Shown one piece after another: positions 1 to 9,824 of a stretch of 34,737 nt of DNA. Each line of letters opens with the position of its first letter. The stretch's first letter is position 1. The stretch covers positions 1 through 34,737 of the forward strand of contig PCTT01000044.1 of NCBI GenBank assembly GCA_002771585.1, given 5' to 3'. The notes beneath the pieces are model-generated. The model saw nothing but the letters and a program-made list of their open reading frames with translations. It did not search any database and was not told where the DNA came from. The DNA comes from Candidatus Campbellbacteria bacterium CG22_combo_CG10-13_8_21_14_all_36_13. Its GTDB lineage: Bacteria; Patescibacteriota; Minisyncoccia; Phycocordibacterales; PCTT01. The translations under genes were made by a program, and so were the position numbers.

Positions 1-465
1 ATTCCAATCTCTGGAATAGTAACAAAATTTGTAGATTTTGGTATTTCCGCATTAATTCTTGTCGGGCTAATGTTTTATTATCATTTTATTCCAAATCCAA
101 TCACATTACTGCTTTTACCATTGCTTCTTTTGATAACATTTCTTGCCGCGATAGGCGGAGGACTCTTCCTTGCATCAATAAATGTAAAATACCGTGATGT
201 GCGCTACATACTGCCATATTTCATTCAAATGCTTCTTTTTGTTACTCCAGTAATATATCCAGCAAGTATTGCTGGTAAGTGGTCATTCCTTTTGGCAATC
301 AATCCAATGACTGGAGTAATAAAAGCATCGCGTGCTGCACTCTTTGGAACAGAACCAATAAACTGGGCACTTCTTGGAATATCTTTAATAGCTGTGTCCA
401 TACTACTTGTAATCGGAATTATCTTTTTTAAGAAAACTGAAAGATATTTTGCAGACATTGTTTAG
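1..465 (+). CDS. wzm: ABC-2 polysaccharide exporter permease (Wzm/TagG type), 5'-truncated by window edge
   Basis: Frame open from base 1 (IPISGIVTKFVDFG...). Hydrophobic, with motifs NVKYRDV, FVTPVIYP and INPMTGVI..R typical of Wzm. Upstream of a Wzt ATPase. Confidence 0.9.
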   Translation: MPISGIVTKFVDFGISALILVGLMFYYHFIPNPITLLLLPLLLLITFLAAIGGGLFLASINVKYRDVRYILPYFIQMLLFVTPVIYPASIAGKWSFLLAINPMTGVIKASRAALFGTEPINWALLGISLIAVSILLVIGIIFFKKTERYFADIV

Positions 466-466
466 A

Positions 467-958
467 TAAACATACAAATATACAAATTATGCGAATGATA
501 CTAATGACAACAAATATGAAGGTAAACATACAAATATACGAATAATGAAAATGAGTACAAATAAAAAAATAGGAGAAAAAGTTATAGAGCCCGAGTTATC
601 ATATACGATTACAGGAGTTCTTTTTGCTGTCCATAACGAGTTAGGTCAATACGCCAGAGAAAAACAATATGGTGATTTAGTAGAAAAAAAATTAAAAGAA
701 ATAAAGATACCTTATAAAAGAGAAATTTCCATCTCTGATTCTGGAAATATATTAGATTTTATTATTGACAATAAAATAGTCCTGGAATTAAAAGCATCAA
801 GGATACTCACAAAAGAAAACTATCGACAAATACAAAATTATCTACAACAAACAAATATTAAATTAGGGTTATTAATCAATTTTAGAAGTAAATATTTAAA
901 GCCTGTCCGTATTATTCGCATAGATTCGTATAATTCGTAAAATTAGTATATTAGTATG
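467..958. mobile_element. GxxExxY cassette bounded by low-complexity inverted repeats, inserted between wzm and wzt
   Basis: Left TAAACATACAAATATAC occurs twice (467-483, 523-539). The reverse complement of the right end (~913-958) reads CATACTAATATACTAATTTTACGAAT..., an imperfect inverted copy ending on the wzt ATG. Confidence 0.55.
545..940 (+). CDS. GxxExxY protein (PD-(D/E)XK nuclease-like)
   Basis: VHNELGQYAREKQY (GxxExxY-like), LDFIIDNKIVLELKA and Q..NYL....KLGLLINF match this family. Confidence 0.85.
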   Translation: MKMSTNKKIGEKVIEPELSYTITGVLFAVHNELGQYAREKQYGDLVEKKLKEIKIPYKREISISDSGNILDFIIDNKIVLELKASRILTKENYRQIQNYLQQTNIKLGLLINFRSKYLKPVRIIRIDSYNS

Positions 959-2227
959 TCAAACTTCGCAATTGAAATAAAAAATGTAGGTAAAAAATAT
1001 AACATCACTCACCAGCGTGGGGGGTATGTTTCTCTTCGAGATGTTTTAACCAATATTCTCAAAAATCCATTCAAACACGCAAAGTACAAAGCCAAAGAGG
1101 TTCTGGGAAAAGTAGAAAAAGAAGAGTTCTGGGCACTAAAAGATATCAATCTTACAGTTAAAAAAGGAGAAATAATAGGAATTATAGGATCAAATGGCGC
1201 TGGAAAGTCTACACTATTAAAACTCCTTTCAAAGATAACCCCGCCAACTACAGGGGAGATAAATTTAAATGGACGAGTAGCGTCCCTTTTAGAGGTTGGG
1301 ACAGGATTCCACCCAGAGCTTACTGGTCGTGAAAACATCTTCTTAAATGGAGCCATATTAGGTATGACAAAGAAAGAAATTACTGAACGTTTTGATGACA
1401 TAGTAGAGTTTTCTGGAGTGAAACAATTTATAGACACACCAGTAAAGAGGTACTCGTCTGGTATGTATGTACGTCTGGCATTTGCTGTAGCGGCTCATAT
1501 GGAGCCGGACATACTTATAGTAGACGAAGTACTCGCTGTAGGAGATGCAGAGTTTCAAAAAAAATCCCTTGGGAAACTAGATAGTGTTTCAAAAGAAAGT
1601 GGTAGAACAATTTTATTTGTAAGCCACAATATGGGAGCAATCCAAAGACTCTGTAAAAAAACCATACTACTTGAAAAAGGACAAATCAAAATGTTTGGTA
1701 ATACTGAAAGGGTTATTCGTAAATACCTAGAAAACACAAATAATGATGTTAGGGAGAGAAAATTTAATGTTATAAACTCAGACCTAGGTATAACAAATAT
1801 TATTATAAATCAAAATGACCAAAACGATTTTTTTCTGTCGACAGAAAAAATATTTGTTAATGTTAGTGTTTATACAAAAGATATAGACGCAGAAAATTTT
1901 ATTTGTGGTTTCACTTTATTTGATGAAAAAAACCAAAATGTTTTATCCACATACTTCAACGATATGGGTGATTTTATTAAAGTACAAAAATTTAATGGTA
2001 TACATAATTTTATGTGTGAAATACCAGAAAACTTACTAAACGAGGGTGAGTATCGTTTTGTATTTGATGTTGGAATTGCTAATATTAAAAAGACAACAAT
2101 GGAAAACGTACACACATTGAAAATAACAGTAAAAAATATACTGGGTGTTGGTTCTAGGTTTGGGCTTGGCCGTAAATGGCGCGATTCTGCGGTTTTACCT
2201 CTTTTAAGTTGGGAATTAAAAAATTAA
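956..2227 (+). CDS. wzt: Polysaccharide ABC transporter ATP-binding protein with C-terminal Wzt_C-like domain
   Basis: Walker A GSNGAGKST, signature YSSGMYVRLAF, Walker B ILIVDEVLAVGD and H-loop VSH, followed by a ~170 aa C-terminal extension. Confidence 0.93.
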   Translation: MSNFAIEIKNVGKKYNITHQRGGYVSLRDVLTNILKNPFKHAKYKAKEVLGKVEKEEFWALKDINLTVKKGEIIGIIGSNGAGKSTLLKLLSKITPPTTGEINLNGRVASLLEVGTGFHPELTGRENIFLNGAILGMTKKEITERFDDIVEFSGVKQFIDTPVKRYSSGMYVRLAFAVAAHMEPDILIVDEVLAVGDAEFQKKSLGKLDSVSKESGRTILFVSHNMGAIQRLCKKTILLEKGQIKMFGNTERVIRKYLENTNNDVRERKFNVINSDLGITNIIINQNDQNDFFLSTEKIFVNVSVYTKDIDAENFICGFTLFDEKNQNVLSTYFNDMGDFIKVQKFNGIHNFMCEIPENLLNEGEYRFVFDVGIANIKKTTMENVHTLKITVKNILGVGSRFGLGRKWRDSAVLPLLSWELKN

Positions 2228-2239
2228 TAAAATAATAAA

Positions 2240-3028
2240 ATGGAAAAATATTTAAAAATGCAGAAAGAATATTATAATGATGAAAGAATATCATCTGAAC
2301 AAGTAGTTGGAAACTATAAATGGCACGAGAACTTCCCTTACGAAACACAGCTTTTGTATAAAAATGGCGATATGAGAATGCCATTAATTACCAACTCTAA
2401 AGAAAAATATGCTTTAGATTTTGGGTGTGGACCTGGTAGGATGATAAATCGAATGTCAAAATTATTTAAAAGAGTTGATGGAGTTGATATCTCAGAAAAT
2501 CTACTTATTGAGTCAAAACAACAACACCCGGATAGTAATTTTTATATATCTTCAGGAAAGGATACGGGCTCAGCACCAAACGATACATACGATTTCGTAT
2601 ATTCAACAATAGCCATGCAACATATTGCGGTCCACAGCATAAGAATGGATATATTAAAAAGTATTCATAAAATTTTAAAACCTGGTGGTGTCGCTACAAT
2701 ACAAATGGCATTTAACGCGGAATATCCTTATATAATAAAAAGAAAAGATTTCAAAATAAAAGATTTTTATATAAAAATATTTAAAAAACAAAAAATACAT
2801 GCTGCGTGGAGCGAAGATCGAACAAATGCTACATCAACAAATTCTGGGTGTGATGTTGCGATAAACAAAGATGATTTGGAGAAATTAAAGAGCGATTTTA
2901 GCTCAATTTTTAAAAATGTAGATTATTGGTTTTACGATGTAAGCCTTATATACCAAAATTTAAATGGAGAAAGGCACGCTCCTAAGTATTGGCCTACTCA
3001 TTGGATATTTATTCATGGAACAAAATAA
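2240..3028 (+). CDS. Class I SAM-dependent methyltransferase
   Basis: ALDFGCGPGR motif I, GVDIS, YDFVYS and ILKPGG. Confidence 0.88.
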   Translation: MEKYLKMQKEYYNDERISSEQVVGNYKWHENFPYETQLLYKNGDMRMPLITNSKEKYALDFGCGPGRMINRMSKLFKRVDGVDISENLLIESKQQHPDSNFYISSGKDTGSAPNDTYDFVYSTIAMQHIAVHSIRMDILKSIHKILKPGGVATIQMAFNAEYPYIIKRKDFKIKDFYIKIFKKQKIHAAWSEDRTNATSTNSGCDVAINKDDLEKLKSDFSSIFKNVDYWFYDVSLIYQNLNGERHAPKYWPTHWIFIHGTK

Positions 3029-3638
3029 ATTAAAAATCAAGGCGATATTATTTGACCTAGATGGTGTATTAGTAAATATGCCAGACGGACACTATGAAGC
3101 CTTAAATATGGCCCTGTCTCTTTTTGGATCAACAATTAACAGAGACGAGCATGAACATGTTTTCAACGGATTACCAACAAGAAAAAAATTAAAGAAAATG
3201 GAGGCTATGGAAAGATTGCCCATTGGTCTAATAGAATTAATAAACGGAATCAAACAAAAATATACGAAAGAAATAATACCAAAATATTGTGTCCCAGATT
3301 ATTCAAAGATAATATTACTCCAACAACTAAAAAAACGTGGTTTTTTGCTAGGATGTTGCTCAAATTCAATAAAAGAAACCCTTCATATAATGCTAAAAAG
3401 TGCGCAAATTTTTGATTTTTTTGATTTAATAATCGGAAATGATGAGGTAAAAGAACCAAAACCACACCCGGAAATGTATTTATCTGCTTTTAAGATACTT
3501 AATTTAAAACCTGATGAGTGTATTATAGTAGAAGACTCTCCACACGGAATAGAGTCAGCAAAAGCCAGTGGCGCTAAGGTTTTTGAGGTACGTGGTACTG
3601 AGGATGTAAATCTATCTTTATTTAAAGACATTTTATAA
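3015..3638 (+). CDS. HAD-family phosphatase (beta-PGM-like)
   Basis: LFDLDGVL motif I, CSNS, KPHPEMY and IVEDS..G. The ATG at 3015 is preferred over 2964 because it overlaps the upstream gene less. Confidence 0.88.
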   Translation: MEQNKLKIKAILFDLDGVLVNMPDGHYEALNMALSLFGSTINRDEHEHVFNGLPTRKKLKKMEAMERLPIGLIELINGIKQKYTKEIIPKYCVPDYSKIILLQQLKKRGFLLGCCSNSIKETLHIMLKSAQIFDFFDLIIGNDEVKEPKPHPEMYLSAFKILNLKPDECIIVEDSPHGIESAKASGAKVFEVRGTEDVNLSLFKDIL

Positions 3639-3653
3639 AATAAAAAATTTATT

Positions 3654-4400
3654 ATGATAAATATAATTATTCCAATGGCAGGACTCGGATCACGCTTCAA
3701 AGAAGCTGGTTATACATTTCCAAAACCATTAATAGACGTTGGTGGAAAAACAATGATAGAAGTGGTTATAAACAACCTAAGACCAAAAAATGATTACAGG
3801 TTTATTTTTATCTGCCAAAAAGAACATTACGAAAAATATGATTTGTTTAATATTCTAAAAAATGCAACAAACAATAACTTTGAGGTGGTAAAAATAGACG
3901 GAGTTACTGAGGGTGCGGCTTGTACTGTTTTGTGTGGCATAAATTATATAAATAATAATGACCCTTTAATTATTGCGAATTCAGATCAGTTTATAGATAT
4001 TAAAATTGATGATTTCATTGAAGAAGCAAAAAAAAGTAAATCTGATGGAATGATAATGACATTCAAAGCAAGTCATCCAAAATGGAGTTATGTACGCCTA
4101 GATAATAATAAAAAAGTTATTGAAACAGCAGAAAAGGTGGTGATATCAGATAAGGCCACAGTTGGTATATATTATTTCAAAAAAGGTTCTGACTTTGTAA
4201 GTGCCGCTGAGTCAATGATACAGAAAAATATACGACACAATAATGAGTTCTATGTATGTCCTGTATATAATCAGCTAATAATAGAAGATAAGATAATTTA
4301 TATATACAACATTGAACCGGAGCAAATGCATGGACTAGGAACACCTGAGGATTTGGTTGTCTTCCAAAAAAAGATTGGGGATGGAAGTATAGTTATATAA
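3654..4400 (+). CDS. Sugar-phosphate nucleotidyltransferase-like protein (GT-A fold, BcbE-like)
   Basis: IIPMAGLGSRF, PKPLI, EGAACT, NSDQ, EK..IS..ATVGIYYF and GLGTPEDL. Confidence 0.82.
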   Translation: MINIIIPMAGLGSRFKEAGYTFPKPLIDVGGKTMIEVVINNLRPKNDYRFIFICQKEHYEKYDLFNILKNATNNNFEVVKIDGVTEGAACTVLCGINYINNNDPLIIANSDQFIDIKIDDFIEEAKKSKSDGMIMTFKASHPKWSYVRLDNNKKVIETAEKVVISDKATVGIYYFKKGSDFVSAAESMIQKNIRHNNEFYVCPVYNQLIIEDKIIYIYNIEPEQMHGLGTPEDLVVFQKKIGDGSIVI

Positions 4401-4405
4401 TTCTG

Positions 4406-5260
4406 ATGTATATAATAACTCACAGAGGATTAGACCCTTCAATGCAAGATTTTTTTGTTGAAAGCTCATTAGAAGCACTAGAAAACCATATTGAACGAGG
4501 GTTTGGTTTAGAGTTTGATCTTCAAGCAACAAAGGACAATAAGTTTGTAGTATTCCATGACAATAATCTAAAAAGAATTAGTCAAGGTGAAAATCTTAAA
4601 AAAATATTAGATTATACAGAGAAAGAACTTTGTTTACTTAAAATAAAAAATTGTCATATTGCCTCGTTTACACAAATATTAGATATGATAGAAAAAAATA
4701 CAAACAACAATACAGTTCATTTTGTACATATAAAATATTTTTTACAAAGCCAAAAATACTTGGATATATTACTCGAATATATAAAAAATAGAAACATAAA
4801 TAATATAATATTTTTTGATATAAAAATAGATACCGGGAAATATCTTAAAGGAAAAAACAAAAAAATAAACTTGGCTCCTTCTGTATCTCATAAATACGAT
4901 ATAAAAAGATATGGTAAATTTGTCGGTAATACACTTTTAACAACAGAAGTGGTTTTGAAAAACAAAGCTCTTTTTAATTGGGTTTGGCTTGATGAGTGGG
5001 ATTTATTAGATAAAAATAATGGAACAAAAAAATTATATACTGAGAAGACATTTACAACTTTTCGGGATTTTGGATTCAATATCGCACTAGTAACACCAGA
5101 ACTACACGCATCATCACCTAGTTTATTAGGAAAAGAGGCACATCAAGATGTAAAAACGGCCAAAAAACTTCAAGATAGACTCCAAGAAATTATAACCCTT
5201 GCACCAGACGCAGTTTGCACGGACTATCCAGATTTAATTAAAAATTTAATAACCATTTAG
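4406..5260 (+). CDS. Glycerophosphodiester phosphodiesterase family protein
   Basis: IITHRG, EFDLQATKD..FVVFHD and C-terminal DAVCTDYP. Confidence 0.8.
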   Translation: MYIITHRGLDPSMQDFFVESSLEALENHIERGFGLEFDLQATKDNKFVVFHDNNLKRISQGENLKKILDYTEKELCLLKIKNCHIASFTQILDMIEKNTNNNTVHFVHIKYFLQSQKYLDILLEYIKNRNINNIIFFDIKIDTGKYLKGKNKKINLAPSVSHKYDIKRYGKFVGNTLLTTEVVLKNKALFNWVWLDEWDLLDKNNGTKKLYTEKTFTTFRDFGFNIALVTPELHASSPSLLGKEAHQDVKTAKKLQDRLQEIITLAPDAVCTDYPDLIKNLITI

Positions 5261-6223
5261 ATGTCATTTTTTTTAAACAAAATAGTAAATTTTTTAGAAA
5301 ACAAAAATAAAGTATTTTTTACTTTCCATTTGCGTCCATACCTGTCTTCTTCTGTTAACAAAAATACAGAAAAAAATAACGGTGATGTTGCTATAATAAT
5401 ACAGGGCCCTATCGTATATGAAAAAAACTTCACTCTTGAAACAATAAAAACATACTTAAAAAATTTTCCAGGCTCACATATAGTTCTTTCAACTTGGACA
5501 GGTCAAGATATTAAAGATTTTAAAAAATTAAAAATCGATCTTATTCTTAATGAAAAACCAAAGAATTCTGGTATATCGAATATAAATTACCAAATAGTAT
5601 CTACTTATAACGGAATAATTGAAGCCAAAAAAAATAATGTGACTTATGTTCTTAAAACAAGAACAGACCAAAGAATATACAGTGAAAAAGCACTTGATTA
5701 CTTTAAAGATATATTAAGAATATTTCCACTAGAAACAGGAAAAATTCCTAGAGGTAGAATTATCACCACTGACATTAACACATTTAGATTTAGACCATAT
5801 AGCATAAGCGACATGACCCTTTTTGGTTTTTATGAAGACATGTTTAATTATTGGAATTTAAAAACTGATGAACGAGAGGAAACTAAGTTTAAATATAAAA
5901 ATGTTTTGGAATGGTCAAAACACAGATTATGTGAGGTTTATTTATCCACAAATTATTTGGAAAAAATAGGGAAAAATTTAAACTGGACAATATCAAATAG
6001 TTGGAAAACATATATTGAGTATTTCTGTATAGTAGACAGGTCAACCATAGACTTATTTTGGTTTAAATACGAAAAAAACAAAGAGTATAGGCGAAGAAAA
6101 TATAGTGGTAATTTTATGGACGAAGAGTTTGGTTTTGTCGATTGGTTAAAATTATATAATTCAGAAAATTTTAATAATAAATACGAATACCTTTTAGACA
6201 AACAAATAGATGAAGAAATATAA
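5261..6223 (+). CDS. WavE lipopolysaccharide-synthesis family protein
   Basis: IIIQGP, IVLSTW, NINYQIVST..G, YVLKTRTD and SD..LFG pattern. Confidence 0.72.
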   Translation: MSFFLNKIVNFLENKNKVFFTFHLRPYLSSSVNKNTEKNNGDVAIIIQGPIVYEKNFTLETIKTYLKNFPGSHIVLSTWTGQDIKDFKKLKIDLILNEKPKNSGISNINYQIVSTYNGIIEAKKNNVTYVLKTRTDQRIYSEKALDYFKDILRIFPLETGKIPRGRIITTDINTFRFRPYSISDMTLFGFYEDMFNYWNLKTDEREETKFKYKNVLEWSKHRLCEVYLSTNYLEKIGKNLNWTISNSWKTYIEYFCIVDRSTIDLFWFKYEKNKEYRRRKYSGNFMDEEFGFVDWLKLYNSENFNNKYEYLLDKQIDEEI

Positions 6224-7088
6224 AATGTTAGCCAAAATAAAAAATAAAATACTTAGATTATATATTGGTTTTAAAAAAGAAACACTTGTTGAAAAAAATA
6301 ACAGGGAGGAATTTTTAAATTCTATAAAAAATATTCAAAAACTAGATAGACCTGACTATGGCGGGTGGAATAGCTATATAAAAAGATTACATGTATATAT
6401 TTCCAAAAATGATCCAAGAAGCTTTCTTAGGTGGAAGCCAATAACTGAGAGCATGTTTTCTAGCGCCAGCAAGTGCGAGTTTGATTATTTAATTACAAGC
6501 ATAAATAATGATAAACTATTAAAAGCTATTGAAGAAACATGGGTAGGAAATCCACCAAAATATAAACACTACAAAAAAAGTAGTAGTAACTTTGTACACA
6601 CAGCTTATAATCTTTCACAACTTATAGATCTTTTTAAAATCGATGTAAAAACACTAAACAGCATTGTGGAATTTGGTGCTGGTTATGGCTGTATGGCTAA
6701 ACTAATAAATAACCTAGGGTTTGTTGGCAAATATACAATTTTCGATATACCAGAGTTTCTCGCACTTCAAAAATATTACCTTCATTCATCTAAAATAATG
6801 AGTAATTTTAAATTTATAGACAAAATAGATAAATTAGAGGCTGTAAATCCAGATATACTTATTTCCACATGGTCTTTAAGCGAATCTCCAATCAGTCTTA
6901 GAGATAAATTCTTAAAAAAAATTGGTAAACCTAAATATATACTAATTGCATATCAAGAAAATTTTAACTCAATAGATAATAAAAAATATTTTGAGACCTT
7001 AAAAGGACTTATGTCTGAGTATGAATGGACTAATAAAACCATTTCACATGTTCCTGGAAATTATTATTTGTTAGGAAAAAAAATATGA
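6210..7088 (+). CDS. Putative sugar O-methyltransferase
   Basis: VGNP, IVEFGAGYG, YTIFDIPE..ALQ.YYL and STWSLSE. Confidence 0.72.
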   Translation: MKKYKMLAKIKNKILRLYIGFKKETLVEKNNREEFLNSIKNIQKLDRPDYGGWNSYIKRLHVYISKNDPRSFLRWKPITESMFSSASKCEFDYLITSINNDKLLKAIEETWVGNPPKYKHYKKSSSNFVHTAYNLSQLIDLFKIDVKTLNSIVEFGAGYGCMAKLINNLGFVGKYTIFDIPEFLALQKYYLHSSKIMSNFKFIDKIDKLEAVNPDILISTWSLSESPISLRDKFLKKIGKPKYILIAYQENFNSIDNKKYFETLKGLMSEYEWTNKTISHVPGNYYLLGKKI

Positions 7089-7963
7089 TAATAGTAAAAA
7101 TAATGGGTGGAATAGGAAATCAGATGTTTCAATATGCAACAGGGCGCAGGGTTGCTAAAATCAATAATATTCATCTAAAACTTGATACAAGTAGTTTTGT
7201 AAAAGAAGACAAAGAAACAACACCCAGAATATTCAAGTTAGATCATTTTAATATCGATACTGAAATAGCCACAAAGCAAGATATTAGATATTTTAAGAAA
7301 TTTAAGAAAGTTCACACAAAGATTTTAGGCCGTATATATAACCCGCTTTTTGCAAACGACTCAAAATACATCACAGAAATAGGTTATGGGTTTAATCCAG
7401 GAATATTAAACCTGAAAGATGATATATATTTAGACGGCTATTGGCAAAGTGAAAAATATTTCAAAGATATCAGAGATACACTCATCAAAGAATTTTCACT
7501 AAAAACACCTGGGACTGCTTTTGAGGAACAAGCCCAAATTATAACTAATCATAATGCAATATCTATACATATAAGAAGGGGCGATTATGTATCAAATACT
7601 AGCTTGGCAAAAAATTATGGTGTTTGCGGTTTAGATTATTATATGGAGGCAATAGAATTAGTTACCCAGAAGGTAGAAAATCCGCATTTTTTTATTTTTT
7701 CTGATGATATCAGCTGGGCCAAAGAAAATCTTAAAATCACCTACTCACATTCATATGTATCAAGTGAATATATAAAAGATTATGAAGAGATAATATTGAT
7801 GTCCAAATGCAAATACAACATAATAGCAAACAGCTCATTTTCATGGTGGGGAGCATGGTTAAACAACAATCCAAATAAAATAGTGATTGCACCAAAAAAA
7901 TGGTTTAGGGATGAATCTTGGATTCCAAAGGATATAATCCCAGAAACATGGTTAAGAATATAG
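7085..7963 (+). CDS. Alpha-1,2-fucosyltransferase (GT11)
   Basis: MGGIGNQMFQYA, GYWQSEKYF, HIRRGDY, FSDD..W and ANSSFSWWGAWL. Confidence 0.9.
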   Translation: MIIVKIMGGIGNQMFQYATGRRVAKINNIHLKLDTSSFVKEDKETTPRIFKLDHFNIDTEIATKQDIRYFKKFKKVHTKILGRIYNPLFANDSKYITEIGYGFNPGILNLKDDIYLDGYWQSEKYFKDIRDTLIKEFSLKTPGTAFEEQAQIITNHNAISIHIRRGDYVSNTSLAKNYGVCGLDYYMEAIELVTQKVENPHFFIFSDDISWAKENLKITYSHSYVSSEYIKDYEEIILMSKCKYNIIANSSFSWWGAWLNNNPNKIVIAPKKWFRDESWIPKDIIPETWLRI

Positions 7964-7971
7964 GTTGTTCA

Positions 7972-8062
7972 GAATTATGAATTACGAATTAAGAATTAAG
8001 AATATTAACTTTATAGACTTTCGACTTTATGGACTTTACAGACTTTAAAGACTTTATAGACT
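7972..8062 (+). repeat. Intergenic tandem micro-repeats: (GAATTAN)x4, then ~6 copies of GACTTTANN
   Basis: gaattat gaattac gaattaa gaattaa gaat (7972-8003); actttata gactttc gactttatg gactttaca gactttaaa gactttata gact (8008-8062). Confidence 0.85.
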
Positions 8063-8069
8063 CAAACCT

Positions 8070-9824
8070 ATGTGCGGAATTGCAGGAATAATATATAAAG
8101 AAAAAAATGTTGTCGGAGAAAATGGTGTGCAAGATATGCTCTCTACACTAAACAAACGTGGGCCAGATGAATCTGGCGTATTTTGTGACAAACAATGTGT
8201 GCTTGGTCAGACTAGGCTTTCTATAATAGATATAAATTCAGGACATCAGCCGATGGTAGATGAAGAATTATCTATCACTTTTAATGGAGAAATATACAAC
8301 TTCAAAGAACTTAAAAGAGATCTGGAAGAAAAGGGTCATAAATTTAATACTCAATCAGATACAGAAGTAATCTTAAAAACATATATGGAATATGGCAACA
8401 AAACACCAGAGCACCTAGACGGCATGTTTGCTTTTGCAATCTGGGATAGTGCAAAAGAAGAATTATTTATGGCAAGAGATAGGTTTGGGAAAAAACCACT
8501 TTACTACACATTTGTTGATGGAAACTTTGTTTTTGCATCAGAAATAAAAGCAATCTTCAAAAATGGCTTAATTGAAAAAGATAAAATAAATACATCTGCA
8601 ATTGATGATTATCTTCATTTTGGATACATAGTCCCAGATAAAACAATATATCAAAACATTCATACACTACTCCCTGCTCATTATGGTGTTATAAAAGACG
8701 GATTGATAGAAACGAATAGATATTGGAATCTAGAAAAAAAAGAGTTGGATGTAACATTTGAAGAAGCAAAGGCAAAAATAAAATCCTTATTAGAGAGAGC
8801 GGTAGAAAAAAGAATGTTGGCGTCAGATGTAGAGATTGGTTCCCTACTCTCTGGTGGAGTGGATTCAACACTGGTGAGCTACCTAGCTCAAAAGCACTTA
8901 AGCCAACCACTTAAAACATTTTCTGTTGGATATGAAGGCTACAGAAATGAACTTCCTTTTGCAAGAACCGCTTCAGAAAAAATAGGAACAGACCACCACG
9001 AACTACCGATATCTTATGATGTAATTAATGAATTAGAAAAAATTATCTCATACATGGATGAGCCACACGCGGATTCATCAAACTTCCCACAACACCTTAT
9101 TTCTAAAATGACGGCAGAGCATGTAAAAGTAGTACTTACGGGGGACGGAGCTGATGAACTCTTTATGGGTTATGGTTGGTATCAACAAAAGTGGCATATG
9201 CCACGATGGAGAGTGGATTGGAAAATTTTAAATCCATTCCAAGCACACCAGCGAGCAATCACAATATTTAGAAAATATAGTAGAAATAAGTTAATAAAAA
9301 CTCACAAAAAAATAGATTCTTCATTTATAAAAAAAATCATTGGCAGTCTTAGTGATTCGTTTTATAAAATCAATATATTTGACCTTTCTGTATATCTACC
9401 GGCTCAATTACTTACAAAGATTGATCGTACAAGTATGATGCACGGACTTGAAGCGCGTGCACCCTTCTTAGACACAGAACTAGCGGAGTATGTATATAAT
9501 CTACCCAATGAATTTAAAATCTCTAAAACAGAGAATAAAATTATATTAAAAGAAATTTTAGCTGAGATATTTCCAAAAGAATTTGTATACAGGAAAAAAC
9601 AAGGATTTGGTGCACCTGTTCAAGAGTGGTTGAAAGAAAAGAAAATGATAGATTTAGTGAACAAAACACTAGAGGGTGATAATCCTATGTATAATTTTAT
9701 TGATAAAAAAACCACGCTAACTGTGCGTGATAATTTTTATAAAAATAAACGTAACCATGCACAGAAACTATGGTTGCTTCTTTCGCTCGGGCTGTGGTTT
9801 GAAAAACACTCTGGTACGTATTAA
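8070..9824 (+). CDS. asnB: Asparagine synthase (glutamine-hydrolysing)-type amidotransferase, probably glycan-modifying
   Basis: N-terminal MCGIAG, RGPD, RLSIID, FNGEIYN, ARDRFGKKPLYY, LLSGGVDS, TGDGADELF.GY and RKKQGF. Confidence 0.92.
   Translation: MCGIAGIIYKEKNVVGENGVQDMLSTLNKRGPDESGVFCDKQCVLGQTRLSIIDINSGHQPMVDEELSITFNGEIYNFKELKRDLEEKGHKFNTQSDTEVILKTYMEYGNKTPEHLDGMFAFAIWDSAKEELFMARDRFGKKPLYYTFVDGNFVFASEIKAIFKNGLIEKDKINTSAIDDYLHFGYIVPDKTIYQNIHTLLPAHYGVIKDGLIETNRYWNLEKKELDVTFEEAKAKIKSLLERAVEKRMLASDVEIGSLLSGGVDSTLVSYLAQKHLSQPLKTFSVGYEGYRNELPFARTASEKIGTDHHELPISYDVINELEKIISYMDEPHADSSNFPQHLISKMTAEHVKVVLTGDGADELFMGYGWYQQKWHMPRWRVDWKILNPFQAHQRAITIFRKYSRNKLIKTHKKIDSSFIKKIIGSLSDSFYKINIFDLSVYLPAQLLTKIDRTSMMHGLEARAPFLDTELAEYVYNLPNEFKISKTENKIILKEILAEIFPKEFVYRKKQGFGAPVQEWLKEKKMIDLVNKTLEGDNPMYNFIDKKTTLTVRDNFYKNKRNHAQKLWLLLSLGLWFEKHSGTY

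Noticed and set aside
7972..8062. CRISPR array
   Set aside because: Units of 7-9 bp in tandem without spacers, and no cas genes.
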